Program-made: the position numbers and the translations under genes | In this document: one piece after another, positions 1 to 13,341 of the stretch | Layout: each line of letters starts with the position of its first letter | Position numbering within the stretch: position 1 is the stretch's first letter | The notes under the pieces: model-generated | Told to the model about the DNA's origin: nothing | Seen by the model: the letters and a program-made list of their open reading frames with translations, nothing else | Databases searched by the model: none | Assembly: GCA_030141605.1 (NCBI GenBank) | Contig: JAQGDQ010000001.1 | Span: 2,728,001 to 2,792,000 of the forward strand | Reading direction: 5' to 3' | Length of the DNA: 64,000 nt | Origin: Tubiluchus corallicola | Lineage: Eukaryota; Animalia; Priapulida

Positions 1-530
1 GGAGCCATTTTGAATTTAAGATGGCGAATCTAAAAGCTGACTCTGTCAGTTAATGCAGAATTCCATATATTTCTGTAAAGTTTCATGACGATTCCATGCA
101 AATTGCAAAACCTTGGGCTTTTTTTCGAGAATAATTTTTTCGACGTTATTTTGAATTCAAAATAGCAGATCAAAATCCAACCCCGTCGGCCGCCACTAAA
201 TCCACTGTAATATATTCCACAAAGTTTCATGAAGATCCGACGCGAACTTGTGAAGTTTTGGTCTTTTCCGAAAATAATGTTTTCGCCGCCATCTTGAATT
301 CAAAACGGCAGATCGAAACCCGATTTCGTTGGTCAATCTGTATTTTCCTCAGGTATTTTTCTTAATAGTTTCGCGACGATTCGTGGCAAATTTACAGAGC
401 CTTGCCTTTTTTCGAAAATGTGCTATTGCCGCCATCTTGAATTAAACAGGATGGATGGAAAATACGACGCCGCCATTTAATGCAGAATTAGTTGTATTAT
501 ATTCTTATGAAGTTTTAAGACCCTTAGGCT
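1..530. repeat. Degenerate tandem array (~142-bp period, ~4 units), probably the internal array of a non-autonomous Helentron/HINE-like element truncated by the window edge
   Basis: The motif gcc(g/a)..atcttgaatt(c/t)aaa recurs at ~4, ~147, ~286 and ~428, with aagtttcatga-type motifs between. The array is followed by a (caa)-rich tract and a short tail at ~550-610. Confidence 0.6.
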
Positions 531-2854
531 TTTTTAAAAGGTCATCTCCCAACAACAAATACAAGAACAACAACATGAGTAGCGATTTGGGTCGAGCAAC
601 AACCAAAAAATTATTAATGTAACATTCTTTTTCCCATTGGTTATCTCAAGCACTAGTGATGTTGTAGTAATATATAGTAATAACTGATCAAGGTACAATA
701 TCAAAAATGCACATGACTGATAGTAGGCTTTAAATAAAGTATGCATGACTAATGTGCTAACACGACAAGGATTTATGGAATTATTCTACTAATTAGTTAC
801 TTAGCAAGCAAAAATGGTGACCTTTTTACGTTTCGTGTTATTAATCAAAGTCATTCTCTAAAATATAATAATAATGACTTATTTATTATGTTCATTTTAA
901 ACTTAATTTTTGAGCTCAGTTAGTAGAATAAGTCCATCCATAAGGTTAAAAAAGCTTGCCAGCCGATTGATAAAACTCTGAACAGTCATAAAGTTTTCTT
1001 CGCAAGATCAAAGCAGGGATTAGTGTGGCGGTTTAATACTTGTACTACTAAAAGTACACACTAATATTAAGTTTGATACAAAAATGCATGCCAAATTTGG
1101 ACGAACTAAAGACGACAACGTTTTTCGCACAAGTTAGTTAAATTTGTTTCGTTTGGTTTGAAAACTGTCTCATTTAATGCTCTTCTTTCGTTTACATTTT
1201 GCAATAAAATTATAATACTTACTCGAAGAAAATAAGTGCTTGGAGTGCATGAAACGTTTCTCGAGTATTTCCTATTATCCTTCCTGCATAGGATCCTACA
1301 TATCCACATAATCCTTCCTACATTGCACAAAGCGTCAAACAACAAAATAAATTTTCGCATATTGTTTTATTTCTGCAGGTTCTAATGCTCAGAAGAATGC
1401 CACTCTGTTGGTGGATTAATCATAAACACGCTTTGGACAGCATTCAGCATTGGATAAGTTGTAAACAGGAAGTGAGGAAATTACAGATTTTGGCTCTGAT
1501 TGTCCAAACGCAATTCTTGTGTAAAAGAAATCAAGAACTGTGTTTGGACATCAGTGCTGAGATTCTTAGAACGTTCGCAACTCCTACTCCCAGACATAAT
1601 ATTAATGAGAATGTTCACCTGTGTCATAAATTTTCACTAAGGGTGATTGCAAAATTCCTAGTTAAAAATTTAGACATGCAGAGTTTAAATCTATTTACTT
1701 AATTTTGTAATTTCTTGTATGGGTAGGTGTAGCTTAAACTATTCTTATGTAAAAGTGATGCTGCAATGGTGGTTTGTATTGAAATATTTTTCAGCGATGC
1801 AAAACTTATATAAATTCACTTTAACTTAAAATTAACATGAAAGAAGAATAGAAGATTGTGATGATGTTGGTAGTAGTGAGGGTGATAACGATGACAATGA
1901 CGGTGACGGTGACGATAATGATGAAAGCCATAACAATGGTGGTATACTGTTATGCATGCCACAGTTTTCTTGTAACAGTCAATGGAACTATCATGTAATT
2001 GTCTTGACAAGAGAAGTTAATAATCAAGCCACTTGCAATATAAGGCAATTATTCATTTTCGTGGTTTTGACACTGTCAGTGATTAGAGATAGTCGGAAAA
2101 GTCTAATATAACTTCATTAAATTTTGTTTAGCCAATGATCGCATATTAATGAGCAAATCGTGCAGTCTTTTTTCAACAACCGATGTTGAACCAATCCCCA
2201 ACTCAAGCATTACAGTGTCCATATCTTCGTAAATCTTTGTACAAAACTGCAAAGTTTCTAGTAGTAACGAGCCAGTCTTTACATGCGACCGTGGGGCATG
2301 TCTGCGTGGTTCTGTGACAGATAGTAAAGTATAGTCCCATCGTTAGTGGTTGCTGTATCGTTTGTAAATTACAATGCAGGCCTTGACAACTGGCTTGACG
2401 TGCTAGAAAGTGGAATTTGATTACACCAGGTCATACACGCTAAATAAGGACCTATAACGTTGACAACTAACTTAACATTAACAAATGCCCTACATCTTAA
2501 ATTTGTTAAACGAGATATAGAGATGCAAATATGGAATTTTAATTACAAAGGAAAGGCATCACATAGGTAATTTACCACTACGTTTATATCACAAAACGGT
2601 TATGTGACTATTTCAGTTTTTCGTCATTGTAAAGTTTAACTAAGTATCAAAGCTGATTTCATTTAAATTTCTGCTTATATAGGGTAAAAGTTTAATACAT
2701 TTATCGGAGTTTAATATGTGCTGTTTGTTTCATTGACTACTAAGCTATTCAACACTTCAATGGTTTCTATTAGACTTCTTGTACTGTAACATGACGTAAA
2801 GTAAAGTAATGAACATCATTATTATTTGTAAATGTCGTTATCACTATCATCCCC

Positions 2855-2962
2855 ACTACCATCATCATCACCATTATTATCATCACATCATCATCATCGT
2901 CGTCGTCGTTGTCTTCGTCGTCGTCGTCATCGTCATCGTCATCATCTTCATCATCATCATCA
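2855..2962. repeat. (TCA/TCG)n trinucleotide microsatellite
   Basis: Direct reading; it explains the poly-D and poly-S ORFs. Confidence 0.9.
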
Positions 2963-3144
2963 TATGTTAATTCATACGAAATATATACCATCGCAGTTGG
3001 CGTAGTTAGCATACGTAAAATATTCTACGAGGAGAGTAACAGAAATGCTATAGTTCTAAATGATGTACGTATGTTCCTTAGGATATGTATGTATCCTAAT
3101 CTGAATGTATCATAATCTTAGGATAATCATAATGTATCATCACG

Positions 3145-3394
3145 TATAATATAGCACTGAGATGACAGGCCTCTATCGTCGATTAACTGATATGTTATTT
3201 TTTAAACATAGTTTTATTTGGCTTGAATCAAACTTCCAATGCAAATCTGGCACGTTACTTTTGTATTGTATATTGGGAGAATCTCTGTATCAGTTATAAT
3301 GAATACTTTGATTCAAGCCAAATAAAACTATGTTTAAAAAACAATGTATCAGTTAATCCACGATAGAAGACTGCCATCTCAGTACAATTTTATA
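3145..3394. mobile_element. MITE/foldback element with ~78-90-bp terminal inverted repeats
   Basis: 3156-3232 (actgagatgacagg...gcttgaatcaaa) is the near-perfect reverse complement of 3307-3383 (tttgattcaagc...catctcagt). Pairing extends loosely to TATA/TTATA ends, compatible with a TA target site. Confidence 0.8.
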
Positions 3395-6006
3395 CAGTTT
3401 TAAATTAGGCATTTCTTTGCGTATTTTGTATTGCCGTGATTTTGAGAAAACTTTGCCTTTGAGCTCCATCATAACTAGCTTTTCGTGTTGTTTGTATTTC
3501 AGTTAATTGCACATGTCCGTTTATACGTATTTTCATTTGGGCGACCTTAATAGTTTTTTCCAAAATGTGGGTTACGAGTTTTTCATTAGTTTAACTCAAG
3601 TACTGCGGTACCCTGCTACACAAAATTTTGTCTAAATTGACCTGATGAAAAGTGATTTCAACTTCATGTAACAAAGCCTAAATTCCTTAAAAAATAAAAA
3701 TGTAAAATGAGCTCTGCCAAAGTTCATAGTGATGCCGAGATAAGCCAAAACTGAGTTAGCAGTGGTGAAGTTATTTCAAGCTTCTCTAATGACGACTATG
3801 ATTATCGTAACGACATCACTATTATGATATAAGATTATGATACTTCTTTACATTCAGGACAAAATGGCAGAGCCTATTTATTATACGATGGTTGCAGCAG
3901 AACTGGATCTTTAGAATAATTAAGTTATTCAACCAGCACACACGTGTAAACCATACGTAAATTGTTGCAAAACATGAGAATGTCGAGTGCAGTGCTCATC
4001 TTCTGAGGTAGTAAACATATGCTAGGAATCTGATAATATAATCTCTAACAACATCAATACCAAAGGATGACATTTCTTGCTTTTCTTTGCTCTTACTTCA
4101 GTGTGCATTTTTAAAAAAAGCATTCTTATTTTGGAAAATAAGCACATATACAAGCAAATGAAAAAACAAGCAATCAATCAGACAAACAAACAAACAAACA
4201 AATAAATAAATAAATAAACATATGAATATTCGAATGAGTAACAGAACATACTTCACGTTAACAAAGTACATATTCTTTAATTGCGTTCAAGATGTGGTTA
4301 AGTAAAGTAAAATGTCAAAAATTAAATTTGTTTTACTTTTAAATGCATCAGATCGAGTTATCTGTTTAATGCTTAATAATCAGCTGCATTTGTACATCTT
4401 TCTTCTGTTTATTGTCGGTTCCTATTTCCAAATGCAAAAAACGCGTTAAAAAGGAAAAAGGAGGATTTTAAAGTATGCCCCAAAAAACTTTCACACTACT
4501 TAGGATTACGTTTAATTGTTAGAAAAACCAAAAAAGAAAATTCTTAACAATTTAAAATGTTCACGCCCCTGTCCTTCAAAACTCAGTTTTTTAAACGGAA
4601 GATATAGTCCTATACAGACTATAGATAATACAGAAACGTGCCATAATCATTGGAATTGCAAAGAAACGTAAAATAAGCTGCGCTGTGCTAAAAATTTTCC
4701 TCTTTTGTTTTGGTTACCCGAAACAAATTGGTAAATTGCATAAACGAAATGTTTCCTTTAATACATGAGACGAAGATATCAAAATGCCTAATTTGGGAAG
4801 CCTTTCTCTTGAAGAAAGCCTAGCGGCTGACACTCGAGATAGGGACGTCCTTGGCTAACAAGGCCGAGAAGCTATTATGACCTCGAGGCCCTATTTTTTT
4901 CTAGACCAGTGTTGGTACCATACTTAAAACTTGCGACAAAAAAAATCAACATTTTCAACTTTGGGAACTCTTGAAAGATGCATGACTCTTGAAAGAAGCC
5001 ATTTTGAATCAAGTGGCTAACACTGGAAATAGAACTGTCCTTGTGCTACTAGCCAGCGAAGCTTACTTCAAAGCCCTAATTTTTGCGATAGCTCACCAAA
5101 ACTTTACCCGTACATTACTCAAGACTGAAGCACCTGTTACCAAGATGGCGACCATTGGCAATAGTTCCATCGAACGTCTATCCAACAGTGTGTTGCAGGG
5201 TATCGCAAAAACTACTTAGAGTTATTGTGTGAAGACGTTTTCTCCAAACCCTTTTCTCTCATAGTTAAAGTGCAGGGAAGCCAAAACCATGCCCCCATAC
5301 TTAAAATATAAGAAAAAGGAATGACTTTGAGGAGTCATTACTACCGAGGGAAGCGGTCTCCAACTATCTTCATCCAGTGATAGTCAATCTCCAATCAATT
5401 CTCTACCAGCACCATAAACCATGATCTCCTCAACGTTCAGCACCTCTCCCACAATGAATTCCCCAAACCCAACTTCACGCTTCTGAGAACTAGGGATCTA
5501 GTCCTACCCCTGGCGTAACCCTGAAATCCAAGCCCCTAACAGACGGCCGCGCACCATGCGGACATTAGCACCTACTGCAATGCTTAAGAATGCTAGGGAT
5601 TAGCAAAGAATTAAGGGTAAATGTTAATGGAACATGTTAATTCCTAGCCTAAAATGTTAATCCCTAATTTTGGTGGCTATGGATTAATATCATAGGATTG
5701 AACATACTGAAATTGTATCAGAATGTAGTGTTCTTTTCGTTCTAGTTTCGATGCTTATTTACAAGTTCTTTTAAGAATAACTCAAAAACCAGAAAGCCCT
5801 ATTTTGACCAAGTTTAGGAATAGCAGGGATCAAGGGTCGCCGGAACTTGTGACTGGTCATTGCGCGAAAGTTATGAGATCGAAGACGTCATGTTAAGGTG
5901 TTTTTGACCCCTTCTGGGCGGCGTGGCTTCCCAGTTTTTTAAAAAATTCATAAGGTTATGGTAGCGAAAGAAATGCACTTTTAGAAGCTGCGCTTAGTTT
6001 TTGTAG

Positions 6007-6650
6007 TATAGCCAGTGCATACTACTTTACTTGTTTTTCGTTTGGATAGGTTTGTGCTTCCAGTAGGAGTAACGTATTCTGAAAGCTGGAACTATTTTTT
6101 AGCAATTTCAAGTCATAACTCAGGCAGGTCAAAGGGTCACGACCCGAAATTGCAAGCTGAGATGGCCCTCTACCCCAGCTACAAGCACAACAAACGTCCG
6201 CAGAACGAAAATAATAGCTCATCATTAATATCAAATTTTCGTTCGGACGAGAGCGTTTAAAGGAAATCGTGTCGATACCTACTATATAAGTCTAAGTATA
6301 GTACCGACATGGGTCCAGAAAAACGAGCGTGGCGTGAGAGCCCTGTGGGGTGGCGGCTGTATGACACATCATTGGATAGGGAATTGATCGGATAATCACC
6401 ACTGGGCGCTTCTTGTTGGAGTAATGGTTTATCAAAAATGGACATATTTTGACGATTTTCGGTTATTGATAGCCAGTGCATACTACTTTACTTGTTTTCC
6501 GTTTGGATGGGTTTGCGCTTCTAGTAGGAGTAATGTATTCTCAAAATTGGAACTATTTTTTGGCGATTTCAGGTCCTAACTCAGGCGGGTCAAAGGGTTA
6601 CGACCCAAATGTTCAAGCTAAGGTGGCCCTCTACCCTAGCTACAGGCACA
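6007..6650. repeat. Two diverged direct copies of a ~185-bp unit (6007-6190 and 6468-6650), probably within a larger decayed interspersed element (~4.5-6.7 kb)
   Basis: Both copies start atagccagtgcatactactttacttgtttt and run to ...ctaccc(c/t)agctaca(a/g)gcaca. The paired ORFs MHTTLLVFRLD... reflect this duplication. Confidence 0.85.
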
Positions 6651-6784
6651 GCAAATTTGATCAAGTAGCACTGTACGACTTATGACTCCGGTTCAGAGTG
6701 GGTTTGAATGAAGCCATGTCAATGCTTAATGGTCAATAGTGACTTCTAAGTCAGTTAGGTCTTCAGTGTTAGTCACGATACACA

Positions 6785-6920
6785 AGCGAAAAGAGAGACT
6801 GGCGAAAAGATATGCAGGCGAAAAGATACACTGGCGAAAAGATACACTGGCGAAAGGATGCACTGGCGAAAAGATACACTGGCGAAAAAGATAGACTGGC
6901 GAAAAAGACAGACTGACGAA
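6785..6920. repeat. 16-17-bp minisatellite (ctggcgaaaagataca)x~8
   Basis: Head-to-tail units with no spacers. Confidence 0.9.
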
Positions 6921-7875
6921 TTGTGCCCTCGCGAAACGATATACAATCGACCGAGCAAGTATAAACGAGGTGACTAGAACAGTTTTTTAGAGAGTAATCA
7001 GAGTAAGGGTATTATAACAAACAGAAGCAAGATTATTCCAATGGCCAGTTTCGCTTGACTAATTTGATCCGCTGAGTTTAATTATCCCACCGTTACATCA
7101 CTTAGCGCCTCATTAACCTATTATTAAATTATTAATTTAGTCAGAATTTTACAGCTTTTGGTAATATAGGTTTATATGGCAATATATAATAGCCAACACT
7201 AGGTTTCAGTATTCAGTTTTGGTGGACGTGCATAGAAACTGTGGCCCTTCGTGTCATTAAAAGGCCACGGTCGCAATTAATGTTATTCTGACCTGCTGTT
7301 TTTGATCATTTAATTTTCGGGTAAACCGTCTGAAGATACTTTACCTAATTTCATTACTTCCTGTTTTCTCCTTTTTTATATACATGTATTAGCGCATCAT
7401 ACCAAGTTGCTACAAAAACGCAATATGCAACTGCAATCAGTTTCAAATTTTGACTTATGTAGAGCATGTAGCGTCGTATATAGAACATAAAAGGAAATAA
7501 TGTGAGCTTTAAACATTATTTCTTTAAATGCTTGTTGTGGTGTTCTTTGTCATGAACTGCTTGGTTAATAATTTCCATTGCTGAGCACTAGATGGCGAGA
7601 GATGGTCGAAACATACGCAGCGTATGCGGTTTTGTCATTATTATGAGCTGGTCACTTTAGCTTTCAATGTAATAAACTAATATAATTATATTAGAATAAT
7701 TATTTTGATGAACTGCAAGGTTGCTAGGATTATTAAAAGTATATTTTGAAATTTCGAATACTATGAAAACAGTCATAAAGAGCAATGATAACGATTATTG
7801 TGGAGCAAAACGAATTAAAAAGAAAGCTTACTTAGATCTCGGTGTGGAAGGAGTTTGCAATTCCCCACACAATTG

Positions 7876-7914
7876 TAACCCTAACCCTAACCTAACCCTC
7901 TCTCTAACCCTAAT
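7876..7914. repeat. Short interstitial telomere-like (TAACCC)n tract
   Basis: taaccctaaccctaacctaaccctctctctaaccctaa. Confidence 0.7.
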
Positions 7915-8295
7915 CCGCTTCAAGAACTAATTTCATGTAAAACAATACTCTCATTATGACGTTTTCTCATTACCTTGCATACAAAATTTTGCAAATTGGA
8001 TTCCATGGCGACTAAACACGCATCTTATATTCTGTTAACAGATAGCTTACTATGATCATTTCAATCGTGTTTTAAATCATCTCGGGAATCTGTCCTAGAG
8101 CGTGGCCTTCGTGTTTCGGAAAATTTCCGTCCAGTATATTACCGGTTAACTAGTGTTTCAGTGAAATAAATTCTTTATGTAGATCGACAATGGCACAATA
8201 GTACATTTTAATTACACGCAGATACTTTTAATTATAATAAAGAACTTCACTAAGCAAACCTGAACTTGAGCAACGTTAGAACGAGAAAGAATGTG

Positions 8296-8503
8296 CGAGA
8301 GAGAGGAGGGAGAGAGAGGGGGAAAGAGAGAGAGGGGGCAGAGAGAGATAGAGGAAGAGAGGCACAGAAGAAAAAAAAGGAGAGATTTAGAGAGAGGGAA
8401 AATAGAAAGAAAGAAAGAAAATAGGGGGAAAGGGGGCAGAGACGAAAGAAAGAGAGAAGGGGAAGAGGGACAGAGGGAAGAAGAGAGAGAGAGAGAGAGA
8501 GAG
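8296..8503. repeat. Purine-rich (AG) low-complexity tract
   Basis: Direct reading. Confidence 0.85.
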
Positions 8504-11500
8504 ATTCTGTTGAAAAAATGTCATAATGTCAAAATGGATTGCATGGCAGTGGTGACAATAACGTTTCGAGCAACATGGCTTCCGGAATAGTTTTCTATAT
8601 TTATCAACATCTGCTTGTCTAACGGTGACCCATTACTTTTGCATAACATGTTTGTTTTGTTAGAACAGGTGTAGTATTATGACGTAGTAGTAGTTACGAA
8701 GAAAAATAACAGATAGCTTAACTGACAAAACCTAACCAAGTGCACAAAACATAAGCTGGAATCAACTCTGACGTTCCAGTTAACAGAAACACAAGAAGTT
8801 TCACCTTCTATAATAACCATTGGCCTGGTGGAGCACCAGCAGGTATCATTTTGAAAGTCTTTGGTCTGATCCTGCCACTGTATCGAACTCACGACTAACC
8901 AAACAAAAATAGACCGTTATCCGTTACACTATTAGCTACGTCAAGTTGATTTCAACTGATGAAATCCGCGAAAGACGAAACTTCTGGAAAAAATAAAGAT
9001 TATTTTTGAGATTTAAAGGGCATTTATTTCAATAATAATTCTCAGAAGAGCACTGTCGAGAATTGTTATGCAATTCCATCAATTATCATCCTTGTTTAGT
9101 ACCAAAACGTAGCGTTTTATACTACGTACAATAGCTTAATTTAGTAGGTCTCGTACTTTCTCGATGTACTGATATAATCTACCAATTGATAGAATTAACA
9201 TTTTTTCATTGTAAATATCACAATTTGAATCGCAATAATTATGCACATATTTTAATTCGGTATTCTTGATTTTTCTCAAGTATACAACCGGAACACGTAG
9301 AAAGCAGTTTAATTTCATATGCACTTACTTCAATCAAAAACAACGTTAAAGGTTTCTTTTCGAAATAGGGCAAAATTTAGAAATTTGGTATAAGTCTGTC
9401 CATTTTGTTTTCTTTCATAACAGTAAAAATCAACAAAATTTCTTTGTTTCTTGCAAGTATTAACTTATTTTCAAGCTATGCCTTGATATCTTTGCCCTAT
9501 TTATATAATTTGGTAATAATAATCAAATTGTTAGTTAGGAATCGTATTAATAAAGAACTTCTTTAATTAATTAGTTAAAATAGGAATACTGTAAATCGTG
9601 TCAGACAAGTCAAACAATCTGCACATATTATTGTAAGTTTTTTAACATGTTTTTACAAATTGTAAGCACCCTATAAGCTTAATTTAGGTTAGATTTTCTT
9701 TTCTCATTTTCTTAGCTCTTCTTATTTCTTATTTCTTCGTTGTTTTGCTAATCCACGTTTTCCCAAAACAAAATCTGAGTATATGCTCTTCCTAAATAGC
9801 AGTATGTTCAATAGTAGAATATCTCCGATATTTATTTGTGTTTATTTTCACTGTTTATTGCAAAAGTTATTTCTGGTTGTTGTTCTTTTTATAATTCAGG
9901 CAATCAAACTTCACGATCAAATTTTGACAGATTTGGGTTTTCTCACGGTGCAGACGGTAGACTAGATCAGAGAATGTAATATCCGCTACGCCAGATCTGC
10001 TAACTCATTTCAGGGCACGTGCCTCCATTGTTGACAATGTCAACTAGAACATTTTTGTGAGTTTGACTTGACTTCTCCAGCACATTGTATCCCTGCTTAT
10101 TTTCCTCACCAAAAGTCAGCAAAATACAAACACTTCATAAGCGAATTTCCGTGCCACCTGGAAAAGTTCCACGTCTAGGTAAATGTAGCAAGTGCACATA
10201 ACTGTTGACTTTACGTCAAGTGGCTTTTTGCTTATTGCTGCAGTGTGACAGAAAAGCTTCAATCCACGAATATTGTTACTGTTGTCTTGTTGTTCTGGTT
10301 TGTATTGTAGAGGTGCAATACATTACCGTAGTAGTAAATAAAAAACCTGTACTGAAAAATCTTCAAACAAGTATTAGGAAACTTTCATATACATACGCCA
10401 CAAATTCATCGACAAATTTAAAACATAAGGTTATAATGACTCTATAGACAAAAAACGCGCAGTTTGTCATTTGTATATCAAATTTGGGGAGAATGAAAAA
10501 AAATATAATTTTATTCGCGATTTAAAAATAATATTATATTGTTAAATTTATTTAAGGATACTGTAAACACATTGTTTGAACCATATGTGTAATGTTATCT
10601 ACTAAACGTTTTTGTTTGGTCTCAACTCTTCCGAGTTCTGTATGATTAACCCTTATCCAGTTTTAAATTTATCCAACTCTTCATCAGTTATGATATTGTC
10701 CATATATGGAAAGCGACGTAAAACAATGTCAGCAATAATAAGCAATTAAGGTACTATGTATTTCGCAATAATTTCCTCTTCCAAGTATTAGAATTGGCAA
10801 ATTAATGCATATGAGCAAAGATAATTCTGAATCACCTATAGAAATTCAAGAACTTTCGGGCATTTTTGGAGCTTTGTGTTAGGTGAGCGAATAATACTTA
10901 CAATCAGGTAGAAAGTGAAAGTTGTCTCGTATTCTTTGAGAAATGTCATCAATTTTTGGTTTAAATAAGGGAAAACAGAAAATCTGAGATGATTTTAGGA
11001 ATGAACTGCTTAGCTGGCATAACATGTACCCAATCCCATGTAACTCTTGTTCAAATTCCAACTGGTTCACAATTTTTCATGGTCACCTTTCTTTCTTCAA
11101 CTCATTATCCGCAATTTGTAATAATTAATAACTATTGTAAACTAAACAGCAGTGGTTTATCAATTTTCTGGCGTTCACAGTCATAATGTAATTAATGACT
11201 TTAGGAATGAATTCCTATCTTCTAATATACATAGTGCAAACTTGAACAAATTGGAGAAAACTTCATTTATTATAGCTGGCACGTGCATGATACAATGTTA
11301 AAATATGTAATCAGTCTAATCATCTTAATACCTAAAAATGCGTTCTGCCAGTAGGGGCTTTCGATGGGTATTTGTGAATATACAAATCTTATCAGATTAT
11401 AGCATTGGTATCATTACAGCAGTACAAATCTCGGAGTTACACCAATGTTCTTTGACCGCGTGTGTATGCGTACTTCTTACAAAATATGTTTAAACACTAT

Positions 11501-12469
11501 GGAGATTCCCACACTTATCATGTTTAATGTTTTTTTCAGTTGATCAGTATGAACTGCTGACTGAACTCTCTCATGTATCCAGGCTTTTCGTCGCTTTATT
11601 CGCTTATATCATTCGTACGTTTTCTTCTACCCTTTTGTTCGCGCCTTCATATCCATATTAATTTATCCTAAAGCATGGTAATTGGCTGCAAATACACATC
11701 AACTTTGCAAAAAACGTGCGCGCGCACGCATAATCGGCGGCTTTTTGCTGACGTAGATACAAATGAGTAATAATTTGCATTACACTGTACATGTTTTCAA
11801 CGTTTTTGACCATTTCCAGGCATCTAAAGATTAAAGTTTCACAATCTGAATCTGGAAGTAGCGTTTTAGAACTTAAGCATCGTAAACCTACACATTTAAA
11901 TTAACAATAACTTAATAGAGCTCCTTATTTATTCTTTTAACGTACACTCGAATTTGGTTTTGTATTTTTAACTACTGAGAAATGGGTCAAGTTTTTCTCT
12001 CAAAATGAATCCCAATTGCTGATCATTGATGTTCCTCAACTCTCTGATGTAAACAGCGAGTGGTGTAACCCACACAGTAGCGGTTTCCAAATGAGACTTC
12101 TTTTTATCTGATCGAAAAAAATCCTCCAATTTCCGACTTACAAACACTGAATTCATGCGCATCCCGATTCTGTCACCTAGCAACTTTTTTATCAAACCAT
12201 TATTGTATACCTATGTTATATTATTTATTATACATATGATCTTTATATAGCAAACACAATTACTGAAACTCCCTTCTCAGCATATTTTATTTGCAAAAGT
12301 TTTTTATGTATAAAAATATCTCAGACAGTAATAAGCAGAATAGAAAGACAAAAATTTTCGCAGGTAGTATGTAATAAATTAATGTCCTTAAATAAATAGG
12401 ATCTAATTTATTTACCAGGGCGAAGTTAATCTCAGATTCGTCTGAATAAACAGATTCTCGTACGCGTGC

Positions 12470-12850
12470 TGAAAACAGTAGAGAACTGCGACCTTGCGGT
12501 CGGGCCATATTACCTGTAAGTACCTGAGAACTGCACAGGTGTCACGCGGTAATAGATAATTGCTACATTATAACCAGGTGCGAAGCAAGTTCCCTAACAA
12601 GAGTACCGTTATCAGGGGCGATACAAAAAAGGAAAGCGTGCATATGATGCTTAAAAGCTGCCCAGATGCACCAGGTTTTGAACATAACGGTGAACCATAA
12701 AAAAGATGGGGTGTTGTAAAAGGGAGAAGGGTTAAATTCGCACTTGCCTGTATGGACAATCATCTTTTGACCTTTAAAGGCGCCCGTTCTTTAAGTTGCC
12801 ACATTACTTCTTAGCGTCCGGATACTGGCAGCCGCCAGGCACGCGACATA
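12470..12850. promoter_or_regulatory. Candidate distal neural enhancer (E-boxes plus a Hairy/Hes site)
   Basis: Locally GC-richer block with CAGGTG twice (~12536, ~12575), CAGATG (~12663), CACGCG (~12543) and GGCACGCGAC at 12838-12847. Confidence 0.4.
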
Positions 12851-13176
12851 ACAATTGCGGTATTTGTACAGAGTTAAATGAACGGTTGTCATTTTATCTA
12901 TGAAACTACACATAAGTAGCAATACTTCTGCCTGATAATATTGTCACAATGACCATATTGTCCTGCATGTCTTACATCCCATCACATTTCACGCCGTTTT
13001 GCGCTTCAACTATCAATAATTGTGAGGCTGTGTATTCTGGTTCAAGCGAATTATAATGCCTGTTTAAACATTTTTACTTATTTCTTTCGAACGGGTGATT
13101 GAAACTATCTGGATTTTGTTGACTAGTTTTGCTAAAGCCATTATATATTCAATGGTATTTTTTAACCTAAAAATTA

Positions 13177-13341
13177 AGAGAGAAAGAAACTGAATAGAAA
13201 TGAAAAAAAATGAGAAGAGAAAAGCACTAAAATGGGAAGAAGAGAAAAGAAAGAAGGAAAACATAAAGAAAAAAGCGAGAGAAAGAGAAGTGAAGAGAGA
13301 GAGAAAAGACAGAGAGAGAGAGAAAGAGAAAGAGAGAGAAG
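13177..13341. repeat. Purine-rich (AG) low-complexity tract
   Basis: Direct reading. Confidence 0.85.

Noticed and set aside
6015-6685. Paralogous small ORFs MHTTLLVFRLD...
   Set aside because: They start at GTG, have no recognisable domain, and are explained by the DNA direct repeat.
6785-6920. CRISPR-like repeat array
   Set aside because: Units are contiguous with no unique spacers, the context is eukaryotic, and there are no cas genes.
7876-7914. True telomere or chromosome fusion site
   Set aside because: Only ~5 imperfect units; such tracts are common inside small repeat elements.
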